64,000 nucleotides of DNA, taken from Terriglobia bacterium (GTDB lineage: Bacteria; Acidobacteriota; Terriglobia; 20CM-2-55-15). Shown piece after piece: positions 51,720-62,355 of this stretch (positions are counted from its first letter, which is position 1; every line of letters starts with the position of its first letter). The stretch is from NCBI GenBank assembly GCA_965218585.1, contig CBDCLE010000012.1:64001-128000 (forward strand), in the 5' to 3' direction. The position numbers were made by a program, and so were the translations under genes. The notes under the pieces were generated by a model. The model searched no databases and was not told the DNA's origin. It worked only from the letters and a program-made list of their open reading frames with translations.

Positions 51720-53204
51720 TTACTCGGGGCGGAGATGCGGAAAAAGGATGACATCCCGGATCGAGTGAGAACCAGTCAGGAGCATCGTCAGGCGGTCCAC
51801 ACCGATGCCTTCTCCGGCCGTGGGAGGCATTCCGTATTCGAGCGCACGGACGTAATCTTCGTCCATGGCATGGGCTTCGTCGTCGCCAAGCTCCAGTGCT
51901 TCCAGTTGGGCTTCAAAACGCTTCTTCTGTTCCAGAGGGTCGTTCAACTCGGAATAGGCGTTGGCCACTTCCATTCCTGCGATATACAACTCGAAGCGCT
52001 CGACGAGACTCGGATCCTCGGCCTTGGCCTTCGATAGTGGTGACATCTCGATCGGGTAGTCGTAGATGAAAGTCGGCCCCACCATGTGCTTTTCGGCCAC
52101 GGCGTCAAAAAGCTCGCCAATAAGTGTTCCCAGAGGCAGTTGCGGATTGTAGTCGGCGTTCACGTTGTCCAGCAGACCCTTCACTGTGTCCAGGTCTGAC
52201 AACAACGACTCCGCTATCGAATCACCGGGATCACCCGGGTAGTACTTAAGGATGGCTTCCTTCACGGTCATCCGTGACCACTGATTGAAATCGACTTCGG
52301 TCCCGTCGTAGGTAATCGTCGACGAACCACAGACGGTCTCTACCACCTCGGTGATCATTTCTTCGGTAAGGTCCATCAGGTCCGTGTAGTTGCTGTAGGC
52401 CTGATAGAACTCGAGCATCGTGTACTCGGGGTTGTGTTTGAACGAAATACCTTCATTACGGAAGTTGCGGTTCAGATCGTAGACGCGCGTCAGCCCCCCG
52501 ACGATAAGACGCTTCAGATACAGTTCGGGCGCGATCCGCAGGTAAAGGGACATGTCGAGGGCGTTGTGATGGGTCTGGAACGGCCGGGCCAGCGCACCAC
52601 CCGCTATGGGCTGCAGGATAGGCGTTTCGACTTCCAGATAACCGCGCTCATCCAGAAAACGTCGCAACTCCCGGATGATGAGGCTTCTCTTCACGAAAAC
52701 ATCCCGAACATCCTGGTTGACGATCAAATCGACATAGCGCCTGCGATAACGAATTTCGATGTCGGTCAGACCGTGCCATTTTTCCGGCAGAGACAGCAGG
52801 CTCTTGGCCAGAAACGTCAACTCGGAAGCCAAAACGGTCAGCTCACCCGTGCGCGTCCTGAACATCACGCCTTCTGCACCGATGAAGTCACCGATGTCGA
52901 GCAACTTATACAGCCCGAAGTCAGTTTCGGATAGTTTGTCCTTTCGGGCGTAGACCTGAACCCTGGCACCGCCTTCTGAGATCGTCAGAAAACCCGCCTT
53001 GCCAAAGGGCCGGGCGGCGACAATCCGGCCTGAAACTCGCACGGGTGTGGGGGTGGCCTCCAGCTCTTCTGCCGATTGCGGTGAAAACTGTTCGACAGCT
53101 GCCGCGATCGTGTGGGTAAATCGATAGGTCGTAGGATAGGGATCGCACCCCAACTCTTCGATCTTCTTGAGCTTCTCTAACCGTATTTCTTCAGGTTCTT
53201 CCAT
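51720..53204 (-). CDS. lysS: Lysine--tRNA ligase (class II)
   Basis: [39 protein letters not shown]. Confidence 0.97.
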   Translation of the reverse strand: MEEPEEIRLEKLKKIEELGCDPYPTTYRFTHTIAAAVEQFSPQSAEELEATPTPVRVSGRIVAARPFGKAGFLTISEGGARVQVYARKDKLSETDFGLYKLLDIGDFIGAEGVMFRTRTGELTVLASELTFLAKSLLSLPEKWHGLTDIEIRYRRRYVDLIVNQDVRDVFVKRSLIIRELRRFLDERGYLEVETPILQPIAGGALARPFQTHHNALDMSLYLRIAPELYLKRLIVGGLTRVYDLNRNFRNEGISFKHNPEYTMLEFYQAYSNYTDLMDLTEEMITEVVETVCGSSTITYDGTEVDFNQWSRMTVKEAILKYYPGDPGDSIAESLLSDLDTVKGLLDNVNADYNPQLPLGTLIGELFDAVAEKHMVGPTFIYDYPIEMSPLSKAKAEDPSLVERFELYIAGMEVANAYSELNDPLEQKKRFEAQLEALELGDDEAHAMDEDYVRALEYGMPPTAGEGIGVDRLTMLLTGSHSIRDVILFPHLRPE

Positions 53205-53227
53205 GAGAATCTTTCAACAAAGATATT

Positions 53228-53403
53228 TTCAACGCAGAGACGCAGAGACGCAGAGGAAGAAAAGACGGGTCAGGTTGCCTACATCTAGGTCGACCGCAAC
53301 CAATCGGATTGGCAAGAACATTTCGTTGGAACCCATAAAAGTTGATCTAGTCTACTCTCGAACAGCCAATCTTATTCTCTGCGTCCCTGCGTCTCTGCGT
53401 TAA
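53228..53403. repeat. Palindromic repeat element (inverted orientation), overlapping the nusB stop
   Basis: aacgcagagacgcagagacgcagag ... ctctgcgtccctgcgtctctgcgtt. Confidence 0.85.
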
Positions 53404-53816
53404 CTCTTCTTCTCTTCGATTTCCTTGCGCATACTATCGAGCAAGCCGTTTATGAACTGGGGAGATTCCCGGGTGCTGAAACGGCGCGCGATTTCGATCG
53501 CCTCATTGATGACGACCGTCGCCGGTGTTTCCTCGTCGAACAGCAATTCTTCTGTGGCCATGCGTAACAGGTTCCGGTCGAGCGTTTCCATCCGGTCCAG
53601 TCGCCAGTTCTTGGTGTGGCGTTCGATCAAGGCATCGAGCGTGTCGAGATGTTCGACTGTTCCCTGGACCAGGCGGTCGGCGAATTCACGGACGTCGTCG
53701 TCAGCCGTGTTTACTTCCCAGAATGTTGCAATGACCGAATCCAGGTCGTCGCGCCTCAGATCCCACTGATACAACACCTGGAGCGCATATTCTCTCGCAG
53801 CCCGTCTGTTGCCCAC
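53400..53816 (-). CDS. nusB: Transcription antitermination factor NusB
   Basis: RRAAREYALQVLYQ, NEAIEIARRF, FINGLLD. Confidence 0.96.
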   Translation of the reverse strand: MGNRRAAREYALQVLYQWDLRRDDLDSVIATFWEVNTADDDVREFADRLVQGTVEHLDTLDALIERHTKNWRLDRMETLDRNLLRMATEELLFDEETPATVVINEAIEIARRFSTRESPQFINGLLDSMRKEIEEKKS

Positions 53817-53818
53817 CC

Positions 53819-54304
53819 TTAAATACCCCGAAGGGTCGCGAGCATCTCGATAGCTGCAATCGCCGCGTCATAGCCCCGGTTACCAACATCGCCACCGGCC
53901 CGCGCCAGGGCTTGCTCTACGGTGTCAGTGGTCAGGACGCCAAAACCGACAGGAATTCCGGCATCCAGAGAGACCCGTTCCAATCCTTCCGCAGCCGCTC
54001 GACTCACATATTCGTGGTGATCGGTCTCACCCCGAATGACACAACCCAGTGCAATCACGGCGTCGTGTCCTCCAGACAATTTTTGTGCGGCCAGTGGCAA
54101 TTCGAATGCTCCCGGCACACGCAGGACCACTACCGAATCACGAGACGTGCCCGTCTCTTCGAGTGCCGCCAATGCCCCTTCGAGAAGACGATCCACGATC
54201 TCTTCGTTAAACCGGGTCGCAGCGATTGCGAAGCTGTGACCCGCCGAACTCAAACCCTTGAGCGGAGAGGGCTCCTTCTTACTTCCCTTTGAAGTTGGGG
54301 ACAC
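53819..54304 (-). CDS. ribH: 6,7-dimethyl-8-ribityllumazine synthase
   Basis: VPGAFELP, LGCVIRGETDH, GFGVLT. Confidence 0.96.
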   Translation of the reverse strand: MSPTSKGSKKEPSPLKGLSSAGHSFAIAATRFNEEIVDRLLEGALAALEETGTSRDSVVVLRVPGAFELPLAAQKLSGGHDAVIALGCVIRGETDHHEYVSRAAAEGLERVSLDAGIPVGFGVLTTDTVEQALARAGGDVGNRGYDAAIAAIEMLATLRGI

Positions 54305-55058
54305 GTTTCTCCAGGAACGCCCTGGTTCCTTCCTTCTGATCCTCGGTCGAAAAGCACATGCCGAACAACGCCGCTTCCAGGAACTGCCCTTCGTTCTGGG
54401 TCATTTCCATGCCACGATGGACGGCCTCGAGGCAGTACTGCACGGCCAGTGGCGCGTTCGCCATGATCTTTCTGGCCAGTTTTTCGGCAGCTTCGACAAG
54501 TTCTCCCTGGGGGACAACCGCGTTCACCAAACCCATTCCCATAGCCGCCTCAGCAGAGACCTGTTCTCCCGAAAGCAAAATCTCCAGGGCCCTTCCCTTT
54601 CCGACGAGCCTCGAGAGTCGTTGCGAACCGCCGTATCCGGGAATCAGACCCAATCGGACTTCAGGTTGGCCGAAGACGGCGTTTTCAGATGCGATACGCA
54701 GCGTACACGCCAACGCCAGTTCGCATCCCCCACCCAGGGCATAGCCGTTGACGGCTGCGATGACGGGTTTGCCCAGCTGTTCAATAAAATTGAGAACGTC
54801 CTGGCCCGCGAGGGCATATTCCCGTCCGCCTTCAGGGGACAGAGAGGTGAACTCTTTGATGTCTGCTCCCGCGACGAATGCCTTTTCGCCACTCCCGGTC
54901 AGGATGACGACCCGCACCTCGTCGTCATTGGCCCCAGACTCGAAAGCCGAGAACAGTTCCGACATCGTCAACTGGTCGAGTGCATTGAGCACCTTCGGCC
55001 GGTTGATGCTGACGAAAGCAACCCCGTCCTTAACTTCGTAGAGCAGATTCTCAAACAT
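54279..55058 (-). CDS. crt: Enoyl-CoA hydratase (crotonase)
   Basis: AFVAGADI, GYALGGGCELAL, QPEVRLGLIPGYGG. Confidence 0.88.
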   Translation of the reverse strand: MFENLLYEVKDGVAFVSINRPKVLNALDQLTMSELFSAFESGANDDEVRVVILTGSGEKAFVAGADIKEFTSLSPEGGREYALAGQDVLNFIEQLGKPVIAAVNGYALGGGCELALACTLRIASENAVFGQPEVRLGLIPGYGGSQRLSRLVGKGRALEILLSGEQVSAEAAMGMGLVNAVVPQGELVEAAEKLARKIMANAPLAVQYCLEAVHRGMEMTQNEGQFLEAALFGMCFSTEDQKEGTRAFLEKRVPNFKGK

Positions 55059-55078
55059 TGTTCAATCGGTATCAAGAC

Positions 55079-55245
55079 CAACGCAGAGACGCAGAGACGC
55101 AGAGAAAGAAAAGGACAGGCTGTCTAAATTCCGACCAGCCACCGTCTATTGGGTTTGCAATGACGCCTTGGGAAACCACGACAGCTCATTCAAACGCAAC
55201 CCTGCACAACCAAACCTCTGCGTTCTCTGCGCCTCTGCGTTGAAA
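55079..55245. repeat. Palindromic repeat element (inverted orientation)
   Basis: aacgcagagacgcagagacgcagag ... ctctgcgttctctgcgcctctgcgttgaaa. Confidence 0.85.
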
Positions 55246-55305
55246 CAAACTCTTAGTCAGGCAAAACGTCCGGCGCAGGTCGTCGCAATTATCTCACAGA
55301 CCGAG

Positions 55306-56262
55306 TTACCGGTAACGGACAGTGAAGTTGGAATTTACGGTTTGGCCAGGGTAGGTGCGGGTAAGGGAAAACACGTCGGATGAGGTGAAGGGATCCGTCA
55401 TCGGTTCTGCGTAGACTGTGTAGTTTCCAGCGGACAATCCCTGGATCGTGAACTCCCCGTCGGGATTCGTCACGGCGCTGGCGGCAGCCGTCCCGTTGGA
55501 GTCGATCGCTACAACCATGGCGCCGAACACGGCTGCGTTCGCCGTCGTGCGAACCGTTCCACTGATGGAACCCAGGGCAGAGAAAGTGGATGTGGGATAT
55601 GTCGTCGAGAGGCCGATCTGGTCATCGAGCTGTATCGTTCTAGGGAAACTAACACCCGCAAGAATTGTCGGGAACATGGCCGAAGACAGGATATTGGAAT
55701 GATCCAGTCCCAGGAGATGCCCGACCTCGTGTGTCGCGACTGATTCCAGGTCATACCGATCCGACGGGGTTGTCGTGCTCAGGCTGAAGCTGGTATCAGG
55801 GTTGAACATGATGTCGGCGTCAATGATCTGCCCGGGAAACTCAATCGTTGTACCGGTTGTGGCGTCGATTCCTGTACTGGTAAAGCTGAAGATCCCTGTC
55901 AATCCGAGAGCAGTCGAATTGAAATCAGACGTTGTGATGTTGGTCGTAACAAGGTTTACCAGATCCAGTCCCGGCTTCACGGTGGCGGCGGTGACGGCGC
56001 CCTAGCTCATTGAAATGTCTGAGGTCGTCACATCTATCCATTGCTGGAATGAACTTACGAACACATCAGCTTGTTCCCGGTCTCCAGTCACGTTCGAACC
56101 CACGGTCGGATTCATACGCCACGTGAGCGGAAAGAAAGAATCTGCCCATTTCACCGTGACGACGTTTCCGCTTGTGTCGAGATTCGTCTCCGGGATATAG
56201 GCCAGGAGCGGAACCGTCAGAAGGAGAACAACAGAAATCCCTGCTACGCGTGTCCGGTTCAT
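55306..56262 (-). pseudogene. Matrixin (M10) metalloprotease plus carboxypeptidase-regulatory-like domain, with an in-frame TAG
   Basis: HEVGHLLGLDH and Met-turn SAMFP. ORFs 56002-56262 and 55306-55980 are in frame across a single TAG at 56002-56004. Confidence 0.8.
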
Positions 56263-56816
56263 TGGATCAGCTCCCGTATCCGGGCTTTGAAATCTTCAAG
56301 CCCAACTCTCCTCACGACGGAAGCACCGGAAACAATTCCCGTCTTTGGACTCAAGAGGTCCACGCCACTGATGTTCGAGATCGCGAAGTCCTCTTCGATG
56401 ACATAGCGCCCCTGGTTGAGGCCCACAACGTGGAACGTCCCGTTGCCGGCATCCTTCAGGAAAACAATAATGGCGGCTCCTTCATCGAACTCCGGCATCC
56501 CGGGTACGGACATCACCAACGCCCCGACCTGGCCTCCCATCTGGCGTATCGTGAGCGTCCGTCGTCGCTCGCCCTTCAGCGGATCGTCCACGCGTATTGA
56601 TGCATAAGTAAAGATCAGCTTCTTTTCGTTGTCCCATTCGCTGGAAACAGATTCGACAACACCTTGAACAATGCTGTCCGACTCGGCGACAAGGTCCTCC
56701 AGTTCCATCTCGACGACGATGCTGCCGACGGCCGATCCTGCCCAGAGGAGCGTCACGAAACCTAAACCGAGGCAAAGAGCTAACAATTTTCCGTCGATGC
56801 GTGTTCGATGATTCAT
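56259..56816 (-). CDS. Secreted hypothetical protein resembling a matrixin-associated pro-domain
   Basis: Signal peptide, LEDLVAESDSIVQG...GGQVG...PGMPEF. ATGA overlaps on both sides. Confidence 0.7.
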   Translation of the reverse strand: MNHRTRIDGKLLALCLGLGFVTLLWAGSAVGSIVVEMELEDLVAESDSIVQGVVESVSSEWDNEKKLIFTYASIRVDDPLKGERRRTLTIRQMGGQVGALVMSVPGMPEFDEGAAIIVFLKDAGNGTFHVVGLNQGRYVIEEDFAISNISGVDLLSPKTGIVSGASVVRRVGLEDFKARIRELIQ

Positions 56817-58870
56817 TGAATGATGAGTCCTCCGGAAAGCACGGACGTGTCCAGGTTGGAGTTTGTGACGGTTACGGTTCGAGGGCCGAGGGCCGCATTG
56901 GCGTCGACCGCGATCTGAACGAACATTACGTCGCCCGAATACGCTATGTTGGACAAAGTGATTCCGGTACCGCTGACGGTTACCGTCGATCCGTTTGCCT
57001 CACTGACCTCTGTACCCGCAACGATGATGTCGGTTGTCTGTCCCTGCGAAACCAAGGCACTGCTGGAGGCGAAGGAAATACCCTGGGAACGATCACCCAC
57101 ACCGATACTCGTGACGTTGAGGCTCCCTGCGGGCGCGGGTACATATATGTCCACTCCAGTGGTCGTCTGGCCCGCAGTGAGGGTGACACTGGACTGAACC
57201 AGCGCCGAGGACGAAGCAGTGACTTCAAGTATCTGTGAAGAAGAAGACGCGCTTCCCGATTGAACAAGAACCGGACCGCTGATCGCCGTCGAAGGGACAA
57301 CGGCTGTGAGCGAGGTCGACGTCGCAGTAGCCGATGTCTGATCGGTCGTACCGCTCGCGGTCGTAAAGACCACAGTGTTGCTTGAAGCCGTCGCGCTGAA
57401 ACCCGACCCGGTCAAGGTCAGCGTATCCCCTCGGGCAACGGATGAGGGTGAAACCGAATCCAGCGTAATCGTCCCCACCGGCGCCGGCGGCGTGTACGTG
57501 ATCCCGGCCCCAATCGCTCCCGGCGCAACGTTGGCAAGAATATTCAGGTTGGTCAGGAAGAACAGTTCAAGCCCATAGAGCGAAACGCCGTTTGTCGTGC
57601 GCACATAAACGAAACCGCCATTGGTTTGGGCAGCGGGTATCCACTCATTGAGCAGGCGTGCGATCTTGGCGCCGGGTGCAAGCGTAAACGCCGCATCCGG
57701 AGCGTCCAGAGCCCCACCGATGAGCGTGCCGCCTGGATTCATCGCATAAACCTCGACATTCGCAGCGGTATTGGAGGTGTTGAGCAGCGCGACTCCTGTC
57801 GCCCAACCGGTCGCCTGGGCAATGTGTGAGAACAACATGTTCTCGAGGGCCGATGCCTGGGCGGGAACGATCGCCAGCCCCTTAGCTCCCGTGCCGGCAT
57901 AAGCAACGAATCCCGTAACGGGCGAGGAGGAAAGGCTCGTTACCTGAACCCAACCTTCCTGAAATTCACTGGCGGACAATCCGAACAATGATTCCGCACT
58001 CTCGGACAACCCTCCGTTGCCAGCAATCGTTCGCTGGACGGACGTCGCGGTCCCGGGACAGGTTCCCGCTGCTGGGCACGGGGTGAATGTGATCGTGACG
58101 TTGTTACTCGTTGCTGCCAGGTTCGTCACACCAACCGAGGTAATCCAGCCCGCGCCATTGATAACATGGGGAAAATTCAGTTCTGTTGTAACCGCTGACG
58201 CATCGACTCCGTTTACCACCCCCCAGGAAGGACTGACGAGAAAGTCGCTGACAATAGCCGTCGCAGCCACCGACGCACCGCCGGTCATCAGGATGTGAGT
58301 TGCCTGGCTGAGGTCGACACCCGAGAATAGGGATGCGGCCGAAGATTGAAAAACTCCCATTCCGGCTATCGTCTGTAGGGAGGACGCCATCTCGGTGCCG
58401 TTCCCTTGACGTAGGGAGATCGTGACGCTTGCTGTAGTTGCAGCCGTATTCGCGATATTAATTTCCGTGCTGGACGCCACCAGCGGAAACATCGGACTTG
58501 AGACTGGGGGAGCGGCCTCCGCACCGTCTGTGAAAGTCGCGAAATCACCACCAATCCAGAATCCCTGGAGGCCGGTTGTGTCGCTGGTCATCTGAACCCA
58601 GCCGGGAGTTGTGGTCGCGGGGAACAACTCGGATCCCAGCCGGGCAAACTGGCCCCCGGTATCTATGGTCTGGGTCGTCGTGGCAACGGTGGATCCGGTC
58701 GTGTCGCGAAGGGTGAACGTGGCTGTGGCATCGGCACTACCTGGATTGACGATGGCGAAACCGGTGAGGGCGAGATCAGACTGCGTATAGAGCCGCGGAA
58801 AATTGAGTGTGGACTGCCCAAAAACAGTCGCCGGCACGAGGAGCCACAGCAGCAAGAGACCTTTCTTCAC
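56813..58870 (-). CDS. Large secreted Ser/Thr-rich beta-sandwich protein with IPT/TIG domain
   Basis: Signal peptide, repeated FP..I..GGW-type modules, TLTLTGSGFS IPT motif. Confidence 0.75.
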   Translation of the reverse strand: MKKGLLLLWLLVPATVFGQSTLNFPRLYTQSDLALTGFAIVNPGSADATATFTLRDTTGSTVATTTQTIDTGGQFARLGSELFPATTTPGWVQMTSDTTGLQGFWIGGDFATFTDGAEAAPPVSSPMFPLVASSTEINIANTAATTASVTISLRQGNGTEMASSLQTIAGMGVFQSSAASLFSGVDLSQATHILMTGGASVAATAIVSDFLVSPSWGVVNGVDASAVTTELNFPHVINGAGWITSVGVTNLAATSNNVTITFTPCPAAGTCPGTATSVQRTIAGNGGLSESAESLFGLSASEFQEGWVQVTSLSSSPVTGFVAYAGTGAKGLAIVPAQASALENMLFSHIAQATGWATGVALLNTSNTAANVEVYAMNPGGTLIGGALDAPDAAFTLAPGAKIARLLNEWIPAAQTNGGFVYVRTTNGVSLYGLELFFLTNLNILANVAPGAIGAGITYTPPAPVGTITLDSVSPSSVARGDTLTLTGSGFSATASSNTVVFTTASGTTDQTSATATSTSLTAVVPSTAISGPVLVQSGSASSSSQILEVTASSSALVQSSVTLTAGQTTTGVDIYVPAPAGSLNVTSIGVGDRSQGISFASSSALVSQGQTTDIIVAGTEVSEANGSTVTVSGTGITLSNIAYSGDVMFVQIAVDANAALGPRTVTVTNSNLDTSVLSGGLIIQ

Positions 58871-58972
58871 CCATCCTCCTTGGTGGTTCTGGCAGTTATC
58901 GTACAGCCGGGTCACATTTGCTATCAATAGGCTTTATCACCAATTAGTTAGAACACGAACCGAGGGCGCTGA

Positions 58973-59066
58973 TTTAACCACAAAGGCGCAGAGATACAAG
59001 GAAGACAGGATTTCCTTCCAAAGAAATCAAAGAAGATTTTTCCCGTGCCTCTGTGCCTCCGTGGTT
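58973..59066. repeat. Degenerate palindromic repeat element
   Basis: aaccacaaaggcgcagagatacaagg ... cccgtgcctctgtgcctccgtggtt. Confidence 0.6.
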
Positions 59067-59135
59067 CTGATTTCTCTTCTGCACTCTATGCTAGAATTTG
59101 CTTTCGTTTCCAAGAACCCCATAAGGAGCAGAAAA

Positions 59136-59738
59136 GTGAAACTACTGATGATCTTGGGATTGTTCGCGGTGGTCCCGATGGCATTCGCGCAGAGTGGCGG
59201 CAATCTGGAACCTGGCGTTTACGCCGTTTTTGACACGACGCAGGGTGAATTCACCGTCCAACTCTATAACGACCTGGCCCCAAAGACCGTTCAGAACTTC
59301 ATCGCCCTCGCCACGGGAGCCCAGGAATGGCGGCACCCGACCACCGATGAGGTCTTCCAGGAAACGCCGTATTACGACGGCATCGTCTTCCACCGAATTA
59401 TCGAGAACTTCATGATTCAGGGCGGTGACCCCAGTGGCACGGGTATGGGGGGACCGGGATATCGGTTTGAAGACGAGTTCCATCCCGATGCGCGCCACAG
59501 CCGGGCTGGAATCCTTTCGATGGCCAACGCCGGCCCGGATACCAACGGCAGCCAGTTCTTCATCACGCTGGGACCCACGCCCCACCTGGACAACGTTCAC
59601 TCCGTGTTCGGTGAAGTCGTCGAAGGCATGGACATCATCATGAAGATCGGCAGTGTCGATACGGGCGCACGCGACAAACCTGTTGAAGATGTCGTAATGA
59701 ACAAGGTCACGATCCAGCAGGTGCAACGGGTCGACTAG
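59136..59738 (+). CDS. ppiA: Periplasmic cyclophilin-type peptidyl-prolyl isomerase
   Basis: FHRIIENFMIQGGDP, SMANAGPDTNGSQFFIT. RBS aaggag before GTG at 59136. Confidence 0.9.
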   Translation: MKLLMILGLFAVVPMAFAQSGGNLEPGVYAVFDTTQGEFTVQLYNDLAPKTVQNFIALATGAQEWRHPTTDEVFQETPYYDGIVFHRIIENFMIQGGDPSGTGMGGPGYRFEDEFHPDARHSRAGILSMANAGPDTNGSQFFITLGPTPHLDNVHSVFGEVVEGMDIIMKIGSVDTGARDKPVEDVVMNKVTIQQVQRVD

Positions 59739-59755
59739 CCGGCAGGAAAAAGATC

Positions 59756-59827
59756 TAACGCAGAGACGCAGAGGAAGAACGAAATAGACTGCCAACGCCT
59801 CTGCGTCTCTGCGCCTCTGCGTTGAAA
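59756..59827. repeat. Short palindromic repeat element between convergent genes
   Basis: taacgcagagacgcagagg ... cctctgcgtctctgcgcctctgcgttgaaa. Confidence 0.8.
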
Positions 59828-59828
59828 G

Positions 59829-61241
59829 TCATCTTTCCGATTCACCCCTAAGTACTTCCAGGAATTCAGTAGCGGCATAGCCCGATCGGATGACGCGGAC
59901 TCCCAGTTCGTTTTCCACATCCGCCAACGTCATGTCATCTAAGAACAGACCCTCGTCCCCGATCATTGCTTCGGACGGCAAAACCACGAAGTCGCCGTAG
60001 ACCTTATCTTTCAGCGCAGAAACGAAATCACTGCCCGTCAACAGGCCGGCCACGTTGATACCGGAGCCCCAGAACCGGTTCTCTACGGCTACCGTTTTCA
60101 GGTCCGCAGGTAACCGGGACACGCACTCCGTCAAATAGGAGTGGAATAACAGTCCTGTACAGACGGTTCCTTTCAAACCAGCACTATCGAAATCAGTTGC
60201 AGAGCGATCGAAATCGGCATCAAACTCATCGAGAAACGTCCGGACCATTCCGACACCGTTCTCGATCTGAGGAAATTCCTGATAGTGATCGCTCTCGGGA
60301 ATCGGCTGGCCGGCGAGTATGTAGAATTCGTCTCCCAGAAACACGAATGGCGTCCCACGGTTTTCTTGAAATTCCCGCTGGATAGGCTCTATATGCAAGA
60401 TTGCCTCGCGGGCGTAATCCGGCGTTACGGGATCGAGCTCTGGCAGCCCTTTGCGGTGGTCGGTGAGCCCGACCGGCACGACGGCTACAGACTGCACCGA
60501 TGGGTGACGGCGTGACAGGTCTTCGATCGTGCGTTCCAAGTGTTTGCCGTCGTTCAGGCCCGGGCACAAGACGACCTGACAGTGTAGGAAGATCCCGGCT
60601 TCTGTCAGGCGATCCAGTTTTTCGTCGAGGCCATCGTAGACTTCGTTCCCCAACAATCGCGTTCGAAGTTCAGGCTCAGTCGCATGGACCGAAATGTAGA
60701 GGGGGGAGAGCCGCTGTTCGATAATCCGATCCAGCTCTGCCTCATTCACATTCGTCAGCGTCAGGTAATTCCCAAAGAGAAATGAGAGGCGATAGTCTTC
60801 GTCTTTAATACGCAGGGACCGGCGTGTATCAGCCGGGTTCTGGTGTACGAAACAAAATATGCAGTCGTTGTCGCAGACCCAAGGTTCGATGGGTTCGAAC
60901 TCGACACCAAAACTCTCCCACTCTTCCCGCTCAAATTCCAGCATCCGGTTTAACGTGCGCAAAGACAGCGGTTCGTCAAAGGCTGCCATCTCGAACTGCA
61001 GGTCAATAACGTCTCTGGGCGGCCTGCCGTTAACTTCGACAATCTCGTCACCGGCGGCAAGTCCAATGCGCGCCGCCAGGGATTCCGGCTCGATTTCCAG
61101 GATCCGTAGCGGAGCGGAAGCACCGCGGTGCGTCGGTGGCGCGTGCCGATACTCGTGCTGTGCTGAGAGTTTCCTCTGGATGTCCTGGTCGTTGGTTCTG
61201 CGAATGTAGGCGCCGGCCGAAAACTGCTTTTTCTGGTCCAC
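59829..61241 (-). CDS. PDZ plus radical-SAM-like DUF512 protein
   Basis: CDNDCIFCFVHQ, KDEDYRLSFL.GNY, SPLYISVH, ENGVG. Start is uncertain. Confidence 0.9.
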   Translation of the reverse strand: MDQKKQFSAGAYIRRTNDQDIQRKLSAQHEYRHAPPTHRGASAPLRILEIEPESLAARIGLAAGDEIVEVNGRPPRDVIDLQFEMAAFDEPLSLRTLNRMLEFEREEWESFGVEFEPIEPWVCDNDCIFCFVHQNPADTRRSLRIKDEDYRLSFLFGNYLTLTNVNEAELDRIIEQRLSPLYISVHATEPELRTRLLGNEVYDGLDEKLDRLTEAGIFLHCQVVLCPGLNDGKHLERTIEDLSRRHPSVQSVAVVPVGLTDHRKGLPELDPVTPDYAREAILHIEPIQREFQENRGTPFVFLGDEFYILAGQPIPESDHYQEFPQIENGVGMVRTFLDEFDADFDRSATDFDSAGLKGTVCTGLLFHSYLTECVSRLPADLKTVAVENRFWGSGINVAGLLTGSDFVSALKDKVYGDFVVLPSEAMIGDEGLFLDDMTLADVENELGVRVIRSGYAATEFLEVLRGESER

Positions 61242-61251
61242 GTAGCAGCCC

Positions 61252-61854
61252 TTAATGTTCCAGAAGCCTACGTCCAACCGCAAGGTACTGGAAACCCGAA
61301 ATAACAGTCAGCAGGCCGGTCAAGATGAACAGGAAATATAGCGCGCCTTCCTGAACACCCATCCAGTTGTAGAAGAGAACGGCAACCACGGTCAGGAGCT
61401 GGAACAATGTGTTCGCTTTCCCTACAACGGTTGGCGGAAAGACGCGGAAGCCGTGGGTGAGAATGAAGGCCAGACTACCGAGGAGTATGAACACGTCGCG
61501 AAAAATCACCAGGAGCAGGAGCCAGATCGGAATCGGATTTGCAAACCCCATCTGCGGCAACGACAACACGACTATGGAACTGCTCATGAGCAGCTTGTCG
61601 GCAATCGGATCCAGGATCGCGCCGAGAGCTGTCTTCTGTTGGTAATGACGCGCGATAATCCCGTCCAGCCCATCGGTCGCCGCGGCAACGAAGAACGTGA
61701 CGAGTGCCCAACCCAGCCGATTGTAGACAAGTAGAATGACGCACACGGGAATGAAAACGATCCTCAGGATCGTCAACTGGTTAGCGATCGTTAAGATGCT
61801 TGGCCGGTATTTTTCGACCGTGCTGTCGGAAAGGCTGGGAGAAACGTTTTTCAT
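61252..61854 (-). CDS. pgsA: CDP-alcohol phosphatidyltransferase (PgsA-like)
   Basis: ANQLTILR, TDGLDGIIAR...GAILDPIADK. Confidence 0.8.
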   Translation of the reverse strand: MKNVSPSLSDSTVEKYRPSILTIANQLTILRIVFIPVCVILLVYNRLGWALVTFFVAAATDGLDGIIARHYQQKTALGAILDPIADKLLMSSSIVVLSLPQMGFANPIPIWLLLLVIFRDVFILLGSLAFILTHGFRVFPPTVVGKANTLFQLLTVVAVLFYNWMGVQEGALYFLFILTGLLTVISGFQYLAVGRRLLEH

Positions 61855-61926
61855 CCTAAATAGGAAAGGACGCAATGACTGCGGTCACTGCGTCCCTCAA
61901 GAATCTGAATCCGTTATCGTCGGGGT

Positions 61927-62355
61927 CTACTCCGCAGTCACGGGCACCACAACGTCAATGATCTGGCGGGAGCAGAATCCGTCAGCCTTGGAACAGAAAA
62001 AGTAGACGAGTTCCCCGGGGACCTCATAGTCTCCGGCAACGGCCGCTTCGACCTCCACGTTAAACACGGGTACATCGACGTAGTACTCGTCGGTCGACTT
62101 CGGGTCGTCCGGAGAGGCAACAAGGTTGGCCGCGTCGTGCGTCAGTCCCTCGACATCCTGCAGCTTCAGCTGCATTGATGGTATTCGGTTGATCACGTAG
62201 CCATCGATAACGTCAAGCGATACGACAACCTCGCCGGAAGCGCCAGCTTCGACAGCGTCTTCGGAATAGTTAGGGTGCACGATCTGCGGCAGCCCGCCTC
62301 CCAGACTGATGAGCTGGGAAAGAAGAAGGATGATTCCAAAGCCAAAGTTCACCAT
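61927..62355 (-). CDS. Hypothetical secreted protein (DsbD-N-like, CxxxxxxC)
   Basis: Hydrophobic N-terminus, YFFCSKADGFC. Confidence 0.6.
   Translation of the reverse strand: MVNFGFGIILLLSQLISLGGGLPQIVHPNYSEDAVEAGASGEVVVSLDVIDGYVINRIPSMQLKLQDVEGLTHDAANLVASPDDPKSTDEYYVDVPVFNVEVEAAVAGDYEVPGELVYFFCSKADGFCSRQIIDVVVPVTAE

Noticed and set aside
53228-55245. CRISPR array suggested by recurring GCAGAGAC repeats
   Set aside because: The repeats are inverted arms of dispersed elements, not regularly spaced direct repeats, and no cas genes are present.
56002-56004. Pyrrolysine or stop-codon recoding
   Set aside because: A single instance, no pyl genes in the window, and many core genes end in TAG.
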